From Zancudomyces culisetae HAW-14-8 (taxonomy: Eukaryota > Fungi > Kickxellomycota), in NCBI GenBank assembly GCA_052426225.1, contig JBNJNM010000021.1:186001-250000 (forward strand): a stretch of 64,000 nucleotides of DNA. The letters run 5' to 3'. Positions 1 to 12,004 of the stretch are shown here, one piece after another. Within the stretch, counting starts at the first letter, position 1; every line of letters starts with the position of its first letter. Under the pieces are notes generated by a model. That model did not search any database and was not told the origin of the DNA. It worked only from the letters and a program-made list of their open reading frames with translations. The position numbers and the translations under genes are program-made.

Positions 1-502
1 ATTATTCTCGTCTTTTTCTTTCTTTATTACCCCTTCTGTCTTGTTTCGTATAAGTATTCTTTTTAGTGCGACTATCCTTCCAGTCTTTCGATGTATCGCT
101 TTATGCACTTCCCTATTTTATTTACAAGTATTATTATAATCTTTACAAAAAAAAACATTCCTTTAAAATTTGTTTCGAGTACTGTTCATCCATCTAACTA
201 TATACTTATCTTTCTAATGCTTACCCAAATGTTCCTTCTCCAACTTTTGTCATCAATTTGTAATCTGAAAATTGTGAACAACCTAAAAATACCGGCTGTT
301 CGGCATCTTCCCTCTCATTAAAACTTTCTTTCTCTCTTTGACCCGCTTGTATTTTTGCCACAGCGGCACCGGAATCATAAGCAGGCGTGCTCCGTGTTGT
401 GCCCTTATTCTCAGCATAGGTACCATTCAATCTTTCTATCTCCTCCCGCGTTGTGTTCATTTTTTGAAATTTTGTATATTGGTTGTTGTTTACACTCGCC
501 AT
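1..502 (-). CDS. BUR1: BUR1/SGV1 (CDK9-like) cyclin-dependent kinase, 5' part; continues beyond the window start
   Basis: Exon 502-225 ends FLGCSQFSDYKLMTKVGEGTFG. GT-AG intron 224-113. Exon 112-31 reads EVHKAIHRKTGRIVALKRILIRNKTEG (Gly loop plus VALK lysine). Next donor GTAATA at 30. FxGCS before the Gly loop is typical of Bur1. Confidence 0.8.
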
Positions 503-2107
503 TTCTAATTCTTCCCGTGATCTCTATTTTACAATTTTGTTTTCGCGATTTCTATGTCTGTAGAAACAAAAAAATAAAACACCCTAAGCCTCTGTATTTC
601 TTTCTTACTTCTTTGTTTAATTTAACCAGATTTGATAATTGATGTTTTTTTTTGATATTTTGATACCTCTGGATATTTAGCCTTTCTTATTGTGCTCCAC
701 TTTTTGTTTTGGAATATGGTAACATTCAAAACAATTTGTGCTTTCGGTAGCTAAAGTTCATAAAATAAATACTTGATCCAACACAGTTGTTCTTTTTTAT
801 TCTGTCCCGGCTACTTTTTAAATATAATTCGCGCGTCCTTAAAGTTTACAATTCTACCTGTCCATATACATCCGCAACGTCTTTGTATCGCTTTAATTGA
901 ATCTACAATAATATGGAGGTAAGGGAAAAAAGCGTTTCTGCAGCGAATTTTATCATTAATAACTCGCATCATAAATACCAATAAACCAAAAACCAAACCA
1001 CTAATAATCCCAACATGTTTTCAAGACCCTAGTTTACCCCATCCCACTCCCCCCCCCCCCCACGATAAAAATATTTTAATTTTTCCAAATATCCTTCCCA
1101 AGACATGTATTGGCGAATGACAACTTTGGGCGCTTGTTTCGCAGTATTCTCGATAATTAGGTTATATGCACTTTTCAATCATTTCCAGCCTTTTTCTTGA
1201 TGATCAATCCTGTTATCCAGGTTCCTTTGTGTGTACTACACACAGATTCTTGACTGTAAGACATTACTGCGCAAGTATATATCCCATACTCCACCACTAT
1301 TAACTTTTTTTTTTCTTTTCTTTCATCATTCTTTCTCCTTTCCCTCCTTTTTTCGTATTGCAAAAGGTATATTTTTCATAACATTCATTTCGGTCATATT
1401 ACAATACACTCTACTGTAATATACGTCAGTCACCTGTATTTACCTTACCTTGCACTTCTTACTACTACTTCACACTTTTGAGTAATGTGTTCAAGACCAT
1501 GCGTAGTCTTTACTTGCTTTTTATTACTCAATAAGCATGCATTTTCAATTTTTTTGTTTGCTTAGAATGATTTATACGCATTTGCAATATACACATGATC
1601 CACTCACATGTTTTGGTGTTCTACAACACTGACCGAAACTTTCCTCATTTTTTTTTCTCTACACTGACTCCTTCACCCCCCCCCTCCCCCAATTGACCCA
1701 GACAAAACCCTCCCCATCTAAACAAGTCTTTCCAAGCTTTAGGTCGTTTTAGTACATATTTTTGCCAGCTCCTGTAAATCCCATGAATTTTATTTTCCTC
1801 GTCATTCTATTTTTATCATAAATGCCCAATAAATCACGGTTTGCCTCGACACACTTGATTTTGTTCTCCCCTCTCCCGAAAAAATCTGGCTTTCAATCTA
1901 ACTTATATTATACCACTACTCTTTTTTGAATTCCCACCAATCGGAGCATTTGAAAATACATCCGCTTATTAACCATAAACATAAATATCATAATTTATTT
2001 AAGCGCAATTTCAGCTCTCATATAATCTAGAACAACAATCCTACTAATATATTAATAAAAATACCCTCAATTACACATCTCCAATACTGTATACGAAACT
2101 AGGATAA

Positions 2108-3685
2108 ATGGATAGAGAAGATATAAGATATATTCGTGTTCCAGTGGCCGAGGTACGAACACAACCAAATAAACATATAGTCTACGGAATCCAGGTCCAG
2201 GGACCCGTTAGATCATGGACTGTGTGGCACAGGTATCAAGAATTCCATAATTTGGACGCGGAATTCCAAAGAATGTTTCCTCAGTCTCGGACTCCCACAA
2301 CACTTCCTCCAAAGAGTATGTCGGCTTCGCCCTGGGATATTTTAAAAGCGTGTGGCGGCACAGGTTTCGAATGGATTGGTGCTGGAATCCGACAATTTGG
2401 TAGTCGTGAAAGCAACTCTAATATTAATACTGAACAAAACACTCAAAATCAACATAGACTGGAAACAGAATATTTAAAAACAGATGGTGAAGCTACAGCT
2501 GCCAACCAGATCGACGAAGGTTGGGATAAAGAGTTTGTTGAGAAGAGAAGACAGGGATTGGAGGAATATCTACAGGGAATACTAACAAGCAAGGATTCTA
2601 AATGGCGAGAAACCAAACAGTGGCAGGATTTTCTACTTCCTCCACGCAATACAACAAAGAAGACATATTCACCAGAAACTGTTTTGACAACAAGGATAGA
2701 GGGACGGATAAAAATGGAAGGGCGTGAATGGATAATGGAATTCAGGAAAGCCGAACAGGGAATAATCGATATTCGGCAACTTTTGGAGCGAAGAGAGAAT
2801 GCTCTTGCAAAAAACGATATTTCAACATCACATCAAAGCATGTTCCAGGCCAAACGAAAACTTTCTGAGTTAGGCAGCCTACTAGAAACACTGGAGCGAG
2901 GGCTGTTGGAGCAAGAGGATCACAGTTTATTCGGTGCGGCGCTTGAGCCGCAAACAGTTACGAGAGGAGAAATACTCCGGAGAAAAGATAAAATCTATAT
3001 GCTAATTGAAGAAAAAAATGCAATTGAAAGATTGATCAAGGGGAATAGTGGACAACAAACTAGAGGCAGGGGATCCGGGATAGGAGCACCTGCAACAGGC
3101 AGGAGTGATGCCGACAAGGAAGCTTTGATGGAGGGCAAGAGCGAGAAAGTCAAAATTATCGGAAAGGCGGGCATATTTGGGGCGCTTAGTGGCGCAATGA
3201 ATCAAATACCGTTTGGTGTATTTAGCCCAAGAAGCGGAAGCCCCAGAGAGCAGCGACCGGAAACCGAAGAAAGGGAAAGCAGTGGCAAAAAGCTACCGGA
3301 TAACAACGATGCAGTTCAAGCACAACATCGGCAACGGCAACAGGAGCCGCAAATAGGAGTGATAAAGGGTGCAAATCGACGACGCAACCGAGGATTTGGG
3401 AAATTTGCAGCTGAAAACGAGGGGCGACCACATGCGGAAGAAACCGAGCGAACAAGAGGGTTAGATAATACACAGCTTCTTGAAATGCAGAACAAGGCAA
3501 TGGAGGATCAAGACAGCAGACTCAAGGATTTTGCACAGATTCTAAAGCGGCAAAAAGAGATTGGACATGCGATTGGACAAGAGCTTGAAGTTCACAACCA
3601 GTTGCTGGATGACCTAGGTCAGGATGTTGAGCTCACTGGAGGCAAAATGGCTCTGGCTAGACAAAATGCAAACAAAATCAAATAA
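2108..3685 (+). CDS. VAM7: PX-domain plus C-terminal t-SNARE protein (Vam7-like vacuolar SNARE)
   Basis: N-terminal PX motifs (VYGIQV..WTVWHRYQEFHNL..LPPK..EKRRQGLEEYLQ); C-terminal Qc-SNARE coil (EDQDSRLKDFAQILKRQKEIGHAIGQELEVHNQLLDDL); no transmembrane anchor. Confidence 0.88.
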   Translation: MDREDIRYIRVPVAEVRTQPNKHIVYGIQVQGPVRSWTVWHRYQEFHNLDAEFQRMFPQSRTPTTLPPKSMSASPWDILKACGGTGFEWIGAGIRQFGSRESNSNINTEQNTQNQHRLETEYLKTDGEATAANQIDEGWDKEFVEKRRQGLEEYLQGILTSKDSKWRETKQWQDFLLPPRNTTKKTYSPETVLTTRIEGRIKMEGREWIMEFRKAEQGIIDIRQLLERRENALAKNDISTSHQSMFQAKRKLSELGSLLETLERGLLEQEDHSLFGAALEPQTVTRGEILRRKDKIYMLIEEKNAIERLIKGNSGQQTRGRGSGIGAPATGRSDADKEALMEGKSEKVKIIGKAGIFGALSGAMNQIPFGVFSPRSGSPREQRPETEERESSGKKLPDNNDAVQAQHRQRQQEPQIGVIKGANRRRNRGFGKFAAENEGRPHAEETERTRGLDNTQLLEMQNKAMEDQDSRLKDFAQILKRQKEIGHAIGQELEVHNQLLDDLGQDVELTGGKMALARQNANKIK

Positions 3686-3824
3686 ATGCATTAACTTTGC
3701 TTCATTTAAACTGCTACAGCTGTTGTAGTTTTTGGTGTTATTAATAATATTGTTTTAGCTGCAACTGTAACTGCAACTGTTTTTAGACCAAAGTCCAGGA
3801 ATATAAATCACATTTAGAGGCACT

Positions 3825-5441
3825 TTAGTCAGAATCTGAAATTTGAAGCCGAGAGTTAAAATATCCAAATTCCTTGATGACATCAGGATCATCAATCAAG
3901 CTGGTTCCAGTGTTTCTAAGCAAACTTTCATGGATGGCACACATTGCAGTTGTTGCGTTTTTGTTGGAAATTACACAGCTAATGTTGATTTCACTGGCTC
4001 CCTGGGAGATCATTTCTATGTTTACACCAGCCTTGGCAAGAGTTGTAAACATTTTTCCACTGATACCAACGGTATTCCGCATCTGTTTTCCTACCAGCGA
4101 CAGGATGGCCATATCTTTAATTACATCAACCTCGCCATAGTTGCCCAATTCATCAGTTATCATGGAAAGTATCTTTCCTTGGACAGCTGATGAGGAAATG
4201 GCCATGGAGACATGAACTTCTGAGGTTGCGATCAAATCTACAACAACACTGAACTTGTTCAGTGTGGAAAATATCTGTTCAAAAAAGTCATACGAAACAG
4301 CCTTCCTGTTCGACCGGATATTGAGAATAATAATGTCATTTTTCACTGTTACCGCAGTTGGATGTCTGCGTGTTAGGTCAAGATGATACCCATTTTCTAG
4401 CAGAATTTTTGGTGAGCTTCTTTCGCTGTTCAATGCATCCATTCGCACAGCCAAGCTAGCACTGCTATTGGTTCTTGATGACAGGAGTTCTGGTAGTACG
4501 ACTGTTCCCTCTCCTGCAGGATTCTGGACATTCTTGATTCTAATAGGAATGAGCGCTCTCACTACTTGTTCCATGGTGAATGGATGTATTACCTCAGAAC
4601 CATAATATGTCAACTCAGCTGCTTCCTCAGGTGTTATGATCTTCAATAGCCGCGCACCTTCTACTTTTCTTGGGTCGGCAGTAAAGATACCATCAACTTC
4701 TTTCCAAATTTGCAGTTCTTTGGCACGAATTCCAGCTGCTACAAGTGCTGCTGTCAGATCTGTATATCCTCTTCCAATACTTTTCAGAATGCTTCCTGGA
4801 ACTCTTCCGAAGTATCCTGTAACTACTGGAACGGCGTCTCCACACGCCTCGATTCTTTTCTTGAACTCCTCACTTAAATAATCATAAAATTCTTGATCTA
4901 GCTTATTTTTGTCGAATTTCTTTTGGATTACTCTTTCTAAATCCACTAGTTGTGAATAAACCTTGGCATCCTTAAGAAGGGCAGAAACAAATATACATGA
5001 GAGCTGCTCACCAGTGCCTATTATGATGTCTTTTGTACGGTGTGTGACTTCGTCTATGACTTGTGCTGCTGTTAACACTTTTTCTAATCTTGCACACACG
5101 CTTATTACAGCTTGTTTATAGTCTTCTAATATATCCTTGGATTTGATGTAGGTTTCACCAGCTTCCAGATGAATCTCTCTAATTTCCTGTGTTATTTTCT
5201 GGTGAACTGTGCAGTCCAGTTTACCTCCTAAGACCGATTCTGCTGCCTGTAGGAGTAGAGAAGTGGTGCCCTTTGCTTTGACATTGGTGCTTATCGCTGA
5301 ACATACCACTATCACGCGGTTTTCAGCCAACAAAGATGGGATAATCTCCCGGCATATCTTGTCTGCGAACTTGCCCACGCTTGTTCCACCAAACTTTACG
5401 ACCAAGAAGTCTTTATTGCTTGCGTTCTTGAATTCTACCAT
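3825..5441 (-). CDS. HOM3: Aspartokinase with C-terminal ACT domains
   Basis: VVKFGGTSVG, GRGYTDLTAAL, WKEVDGIFTADPRKV, ELTYYGSEVIHP, NIEMISQGASEINISCVI. Confidence 0.97.
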   Translation of the reverse strand: MVEFKNASNKDFLVVKFGGTSVGKFADKICREIIPSLLAENRVIVVCSAISTNVKAKGTTSLLLQAAESVLGGKLDCTVHQKITQEIREIHLEAGETYIKSKDILEDYKQAVISVCARLEKVLTAAQVIDEVTHRTKDIIIGTGEQLSCIFVSALLKDAKVYSQLVDLERVIQKKFDKNKLDQEFYDYLSEEFKKRIEACGDAVPVVTGYFGRVPGSILKSIGRGYTDLTAALVAAGIRAKELQIWKEVDGIFTADPRKVEGARLLKIITPEEAAELTYYGSEVIHPFTMEQVVRALIPIRIKNVQNPAGEGTVVLPELLSSRTNSSASLAVRMDALNSERSSPKILLENGYHLDLTRRHPTAVTVKNDIIILNIRSNRKAVSYDFFEQIFSTLNKFSVVVDLIATSEVHVSMAISSSAVQGKILSMITDELGNYGEVDVIKDMAILSLVGKQMRNTVGISGKMFTTLAKAGVNIEMISQGASEINISCVISNKNATTAMCAIHESLLRNTGTSLIDDPDVIKEFGYFNSRLQISDSD

Positions 5442-6339
5442 CTTTCAGTATTATCCTTATTACTGTTATTTCTATTATTACCGTTATTGCCACTACTATC
5501 TCTATCAAAACCAAGCTGGTTACTGCAAACTATCCTGTAGACTAAAACTGCCAAGCGCAAAGAAAGAAAATGTACTAAATGTATTCAGTGCTATATTATG
5601 TTGCTATTGCTCTTAATGAAGAAATGAGATGTTTGAGTTGTGAAGAAAGATATGCTTATATAGACAACTGTGCTTGCTACTTTGCATCTAATGAGCACCT
5701 CTGTTATTTGCTCTATTACCACTATGCTTTTTTTTTGTTATTTTATGTGAATCAACCATTTATTTCTTTGTGCTCATTTCAAAATAACGTAAAATAACGT
5801 AAAATTTGAAAATCCAATTACAGTAGAGTTTTTTTTTGCTGTCGATAAGATTGATGTTTGATATCGATTGCTGCTTATTAGCACATAAAAAAATAGGTAA
5901 ACTGTGCTGTTATGTGCAACTGGGAAAAAAAGTTTCAACAGCTGGAGGATCAAGTATGTGCGACCTGGCAAGCACTTTGCGGGAAATATTGGAATTTTTA
6001 TGGTAATTGCTGACGAATGAAAAGGGTCTAAAGCCGCCTTTCAATAATCTCGCCCTATCTATTTTCCGTTTTTTCCTTTATGTTCCTTTTTTTCGATTGG
6101 GAAATGGCATTAATAATCACATTCTCTCCACTAGGTTATTATCATGCCTACTTTAATTTCACTATTTTATTTTTCTATTTTTTCCTTTATTTTTTTTTAC
6201 ACAACGCTTTATTAATATATTATTTTACGCCCAATAGATCTCAAGAATTTAATATACATTTGGAATGTGGTATGTTTATTTTACGTGATTTTTTAATTTT
6301 TATTTCTCTATCAAATAAAAGAGCGGTTAACATTGGTCA

Positions 6340-6915
6340 AAATGCAAAGTTCAGAAATAAAAGCTGGTAACGTAATTAGAAACAAGGGCCAATATGAAAT
6401 TATGGAGTCACTATTACATATACCCCTTTTCTCAAGATCGCACCACTTGAGTTCAAGAATATTTCCAGAAGCAAGAAATAAAAATAGCCCTAGGTGGAGC
6501 CCAGAATCCAGATCGAGGCCCTCGTGGCCAGTATTGCACCAACTGGGCTTCTACGAACTCCTTTCCAGCATTTTGCAAGCGTGATAGTGCGTTTATCGCA
6601 TTTTAGAAGCACAACAAAGGCCATCCATGTCTTCTATGCGGCAAGGAAGTATGCTTCGACACTTCTTCAGTGTGTATGCGGATTTTTTTGAATCGGCATT
6701 TCAAATATCTCTCAAATGGTACCCAAGCACCTCTTAACAAACGGGTTATTGGGCATAACCCGAGAAACTGGAACTAACACCCCTTAACTGAACAGTGAGT
6801 GGGACACAAATATACTGAATGTATTGTACTTTCTACGCCTCAAGCATCATCTTGAGTGGCGAATTTACCTTAACCACCTAGCGGTAAAGTAGGAATGAAA
6901 ATAGATTCTCACATC
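6340..6915 (+). mobile_element. Possible decayed non-LTR (L1/Tx1-like) retrotransposon ORF2 3' remnant
   Basis: GC-richer island with broken frames: CLLCGKE (6628-6648), then frameshifted MLRHFFSVY (6651-6677), resembling a CCHC zf-RVT knuckle. T*R*SRNENRF (6876-6908) resembles the W..RN...F motif. Confidence 0.3.
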
Positions 6916-8495
6916 GTCATCTTTAGACTTGGCTGTTATTAAATAACACCAGTAAAAATAATGATAAATTGTATTTCGTTTTTGTCTACATTCCCACTAT
7001 AAAGAGTTGCTCTAAGTCACAAGGAAAAGCAAAACCAAATGCAAAACAAAGCTCATCCACAAACTGAGTGTAAACTTGGATATAAAAGAGTTGTAATTGT
7101 CGGAGAACCGAACGTTATTACTTATGGTTATCAATAAATCGCCGTTGATAATTGAACGAAAATTTTCCATCAATCAATCACATTTCATACACATTTTATT
7201 TTTCAAATCTGGTGGTACACACAAACCTCTTCAAGCCAAAAAAAAAATAGGCAGAAAATATGTTCACAGTACCTACTATGGGTAACACTAAAAACAAAAG
7301 GCCGCTTGGTTATAGGCAAGATTAATACCATATACACTCTATCCACGGGTATAGATCAAACCACATATACTAACATAAATACAGCTGGATCACCAATAAC
7401 AAGCTGGGTGTGACTATAAATTCCAAATGTATTCACACAGACCAACTCTTCGACTTATTCTTTCCTTCCCCTTTGCTTCTCCGTGTTACTATATCCTTGT
7501 CATTCACGCATGTGCCATGCAAGATCATTTTAACAGTATGATCAGGGCTTTAAGCTTGTCAAATTAGTATATGTTGTGATTTTAGTTTATGACAAGGGCA
7601 AAAAACAAATGAAAAAGCTTCTATTACAAAATGTGCAAAGATAACGATACTCTGTTTTTCCAATAACCCTGACGATGCTTTGAATTGTGTAAAAGCATGC
7701 CATAACCCAAATAAAAACATGCACACGATCTTCACCAGCTCGCTATTCCACGCTTTGACAATGAAAAATAAAACCAAATAATACAACGCAGCACAGCTTA
7801 TATACTTGTGCCACTAAATGGGACATCCTACTTGTAAAAATACAATATAGATGATGCTACCTAATTAAAATTTTAAGAGGGTCTCCAGCTATTACGATAT
7901 TTTTACAGTTACCACTTGTAAAGAGGCAATACCATCACCATTTTTTATCCTCCAAATATTGCTGCTCATAGTTATCTTGACCGCTCCAAGACAATGGTAT
8001 ATTGGTGAAGATATCTATTTGGTTATTTTGAGCCATGTTGTGACTTTGACCTTTTTTGTTTTTGTTTTTATCATATTCTATATTATCTATCCTACAACCT
8101 TTATCCTACAACCTTATCCATTTTCTTGTTCCTATAGCAATTTATTTTAGCACTGCATGCTTTTACAATTGTGTATCTATTGTTTATTTTCTCCATCATA
8201 AAGCGAATGAGAAATTGAGATTTTATGATGTGTTAATCCTAGCAAATCTATTATCTCAATGAGCAAATTAAATGTAGTTTTTTCGTGTACAATAAACACA
8301 TTTTCCAATTAGTTGCTTTTGGTATTTAACAGAAAAAGGAGCTAATGAAAAAACAAACAAAAAACTAAAGCTACTATTTGGAGTGATGGCTGGGGAAGGT
8401 TCGAAATATATAATTATATAGATATATAAAACATAGCCATAAATTTATGACTGGAATTATAACACACTTATTTATTACTGCGCTGGTACCCGAAT

Positions 8496-11400
8496 ATGGA
8501 CAATGGTCGACATTTTGGGTATTCCACGCCTAAAAAACAACCTTCCCTGTATGGACACCGGAGGTTGTCATTTAAACTACTTGAAAATACATCCAAAGGG
8601 AGAGAATTCAGTAGATTGATTTCAACTCTAGCAAATAAAAGCAATACGAAGTTTAGTCCTAGTAATGACGATAAATCCAACCACGGAAAAAACGACAAGG
8701 GCGATTTCGAACCCTTTGAAAATAAAATATATCTAAAGAACCAGCTTTCTGAAAATCCCCAACAAGAAAAAAGTACAGAAAACATATTCTCAGTGGATAA
8801 AACAGAAGGTCGGGTCAATGGAACTGGATGCCACAATATTCAAGAAACAACAAATTCGACATTTGTCCCTGATTTGCGTAAGTTTACATCCTTTTCGTCC
8901 ATACCAAATTTCACATGGACAGTTCTGCCTTTTGCACATATTAATATTAACGAGCTTTTATTTGAATAATGTTACAATAGAGGATAATGCCGGGTTAAAG
9001 GATATCAACAAAGAGGCAACAATTACTAAAAAACAAGCAGGGGCTGAGAAAAAGGTTGCAAACAGCATCAAGGAAACAGTTAATTGTCATACAAGCATAG
9101 ATCCTGAAAAACCTCCTCCACTGATATCGCCTGCCTTTACAAATTATGATACAACCAACAAAATTTTAAAGAAAATAGGAGAGCGAGCGTTTAGCGACTC
9201 GAAAAAAACGGCATTGTTCGAGAGAAAATACGGAGAAAACAATTTACCAAACTGGCCCGATATAGCTATCTGGAAAGTTCGAGAAAATGACTTGATGTGG
9301 ATGCCAGAATGTTTGTCAGATGATGAATATATTATAGAAGGCACCACAGAAAACAACGAGTTAGAAAAGCGAAAAGAAAAAGCATGTGTAGGGCCGCCTT
9401 CAGAGGAATCAGATTTAACTGGTGTCAATAACAGAGCGTCAAGGCTTTTTAAACTTAAAAACAATCTTTATAAGCATTACGCTGGACTGAAAAAGCTTAA
9501 CAGAAGGCGGAGCACTGGGATTTTGGAAAAGGGCATTACACTAAATCTCAGAGTGAAAGGCAAGGAAACCTTAAACACCAGAGGTCGTTCCATTCATTTA
9601 TATGATTTTAACAGTGGAAGCAATACACCGACTCGCTCAACCAGGCTAAATACAGTTGTCTCAGGTAGAAGGCTTGGGCTCGACACAAAAAACCGCAAGC
9701 TACATAGGACTAAAGGACAAAAGTTGTTTTATTACGGACATGACCAAGGAAATTGCACCATGAATGTCAATAAATTACCAGCTACATTGGTTATTGAGTC
9801 ACCAACCACCTCCAAACTTCAAAAGAGAAGCTCACATACATACGGCGCAAGGTCAAACTCAAACTCAAACTCAACTCGACACATTTCGATGGTACATGGC
9901 AAGGATATAGCGTCAGAAACGGTAGTGGGTATGGATATGAGCGTGAACTCTGAGTTTGACATCAACACCGGATCCGGGTGTAGTGTTTGGCATTCTCAAG
10001 CTATCAGTACCGAAGCTAATGAGCCTGATGATGATAAACTTGCTATACCCGCCTCTTACAAGCAAACTGAAAAAAGTACCAATGCCAGCAGTAATAAGGA
10101 GGATAGATACGAGAGTGATGACTGGAATCAGGATGAATGTAAAAATGAAAAACCACATCTGCGTGCCTCAGAAACAAGTGAGAGTCGGTTAACAATAGAA
10201 GAGATGAAAAGAATGCTTTTTATGGGAGATGTATCCAACGACATAGCTGAGTGTTCATACGAGCTACTACGAAAAATGCAAGACACTGTATTCTGTAAAA
10301 CAATATATCAAAACACAAATGACAGCACTGGTCTATTCAACGCTATAAGATCCGCCCTTGCAAAACAATCAACATATAACTACCAAAGCAAAAAGTATGC
10401 ATCCACAACTATTCATTTTTTGTACGTCGTCTTTTTAACACTGTCCTTCAAGCACAATCCCGAGTTTACCTATTCACTATTGCTAGATCACAGAGTCTTT
10501 GAACAAATAGTTGAAATGTTCCACCTCTCAACTTCATCGGAAGGTCAGGAAATGAGCCGCCTTTCCAGACAAGTCATGGTAAACAATGGAATCGTTTTCT
10601 CCATCGAGGCGTCAAGTACCATTAGCTTAGACTTTCTTTCGCTGTATTTTATCAACAGCGTTATACAAGACCAGGCACCGGCGGCTGTTGCACTTTCTAG
10701 CATGATAAAATCAGAACTTTATAAGTCAGGCACCATTTCTGCTGTTTTTGAGCTGATGCTAACCAAATGGGTTTCTGAATGGTTGGACCACGTATCTTCT
10801 TTGCAGTGCTTCTGGGATCCGCACCAACACTCTTTTTACAGAATAAACGATAATTTATTGATTATTTTACAAATGTCGTTCAGAGTCCTTCAATATGGAA
10901 TCCACTTCAACTGCTTGGATGTCAATAGCACCTCAGTCGAAGCCCAGTCTGCTATTTTGCTTAATCTACTGGATACCACCGAATATCTAATAATGCACTC
11001 TATAGAAAAACATTCAGATCACTTTTTTGGAAAAGATGTGGGGCATATCTCAGGTACATCGTTCCACCTTTTGCCGCAACTCGCTGATTTGATTTCCTAT
11101 GTTCTGGACCTCCTTCTGTTTACGACATTTTCATCCTCAAGCTCTGTGGATACAATTATTTATTCGACAGGTTTTGAATCGATATGCAAATCACTGTTTC
11201 TTCCATTCTCCCCAAACTTGATTTCCTTCTTTTCATGCTTAGAAACATCGTCTCAACAACCCAACATCACTACGCCTATAAACACCCACAAAAAGACTGC
11301 TATTACCGAGTATTTATCTTGTAAGCTTAGAGAAATCGTGCTGTTATCTACAAAACTTCTTTGTAACTGTATAAACGTTTCCAACGCAACCAGGGACTGT

Positions 11401-11772
11401 ATTTTTAGTATAAACATCAATGGTATACCCTGTGTTGATGCCCTGAAAAAGGTGCTATTAGGAATATGCTCAGTAGAGCTGTCAGGTAATAGTAGTATGT
11501 ACACAATAGATAGCCCCATTTCACTGGATAAAGGGGCTATAGTTGGTAGCAGTGGTTTTCCAGATAAATTTCAGCTATTCAACAGCAGTTTTAACCCGAG
11601 CTGCATATCTCGGATTTCCATCACGGAGCTATCAGACCTGCTTACTTTACTCTTATGTTGTATCTATAATTGTTCATCTCTCGGATATGATAAACTCTAT
11701 GGAATTATACCAAAACGCTATATGGATATTTTTCTCCAAAAGCTGAAGAACAATCCTTTTCACCAGTGTTAG
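8496..11772 (+). CDS. WAPL/Rad61-like cohesin release factor, 2 exons (8496-8877, 8981-11772)
   Basis: Intron 8878-8980 (GTAAGT..ACAATAG) joins the two overlapping ORFs in frame. Disordered N-half has YGxR-like motifs. Helical C-half begins LRASETSESRLTIEEMKRML..SYELLRKMQDTVFCK, resembling the start of the Wapl domain. Confidence 0.6.
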
Positions 11773-12004
11773 CACTTATGAGTATTACAGCTTTTTTGTT
11801 CTCGAAGCATACTTTTATTTATTTATTTTTTGGAAAAACAACATGCTTTACTGTTTTTGTTAAGTCTCTTTACTATCAAATATACCATTCCCATGTTTAA
11901 ACTATCTACATTTATTTATTTTTCTGCTAGCCTTATTGCCACTATACCATTAAAAACAGCCCTTTCAAAAAAAAAATTATTTTTTTCCCCAGAATATCCA
12001 CATA

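Noticed and set aside
6342-6410. MQSSEIKAGNVIRNKGQYEIMES resembles the EF-P N-terminus
   Set aside because: Similarity stops before the essential KPGKG loop, and no splice site restores it.
8818-8969. Apparent programmed frameshift between overlapping ORFs
   Set aside because: A canonical GTAAGT..TAG intron (8878-8980) joins the frames.
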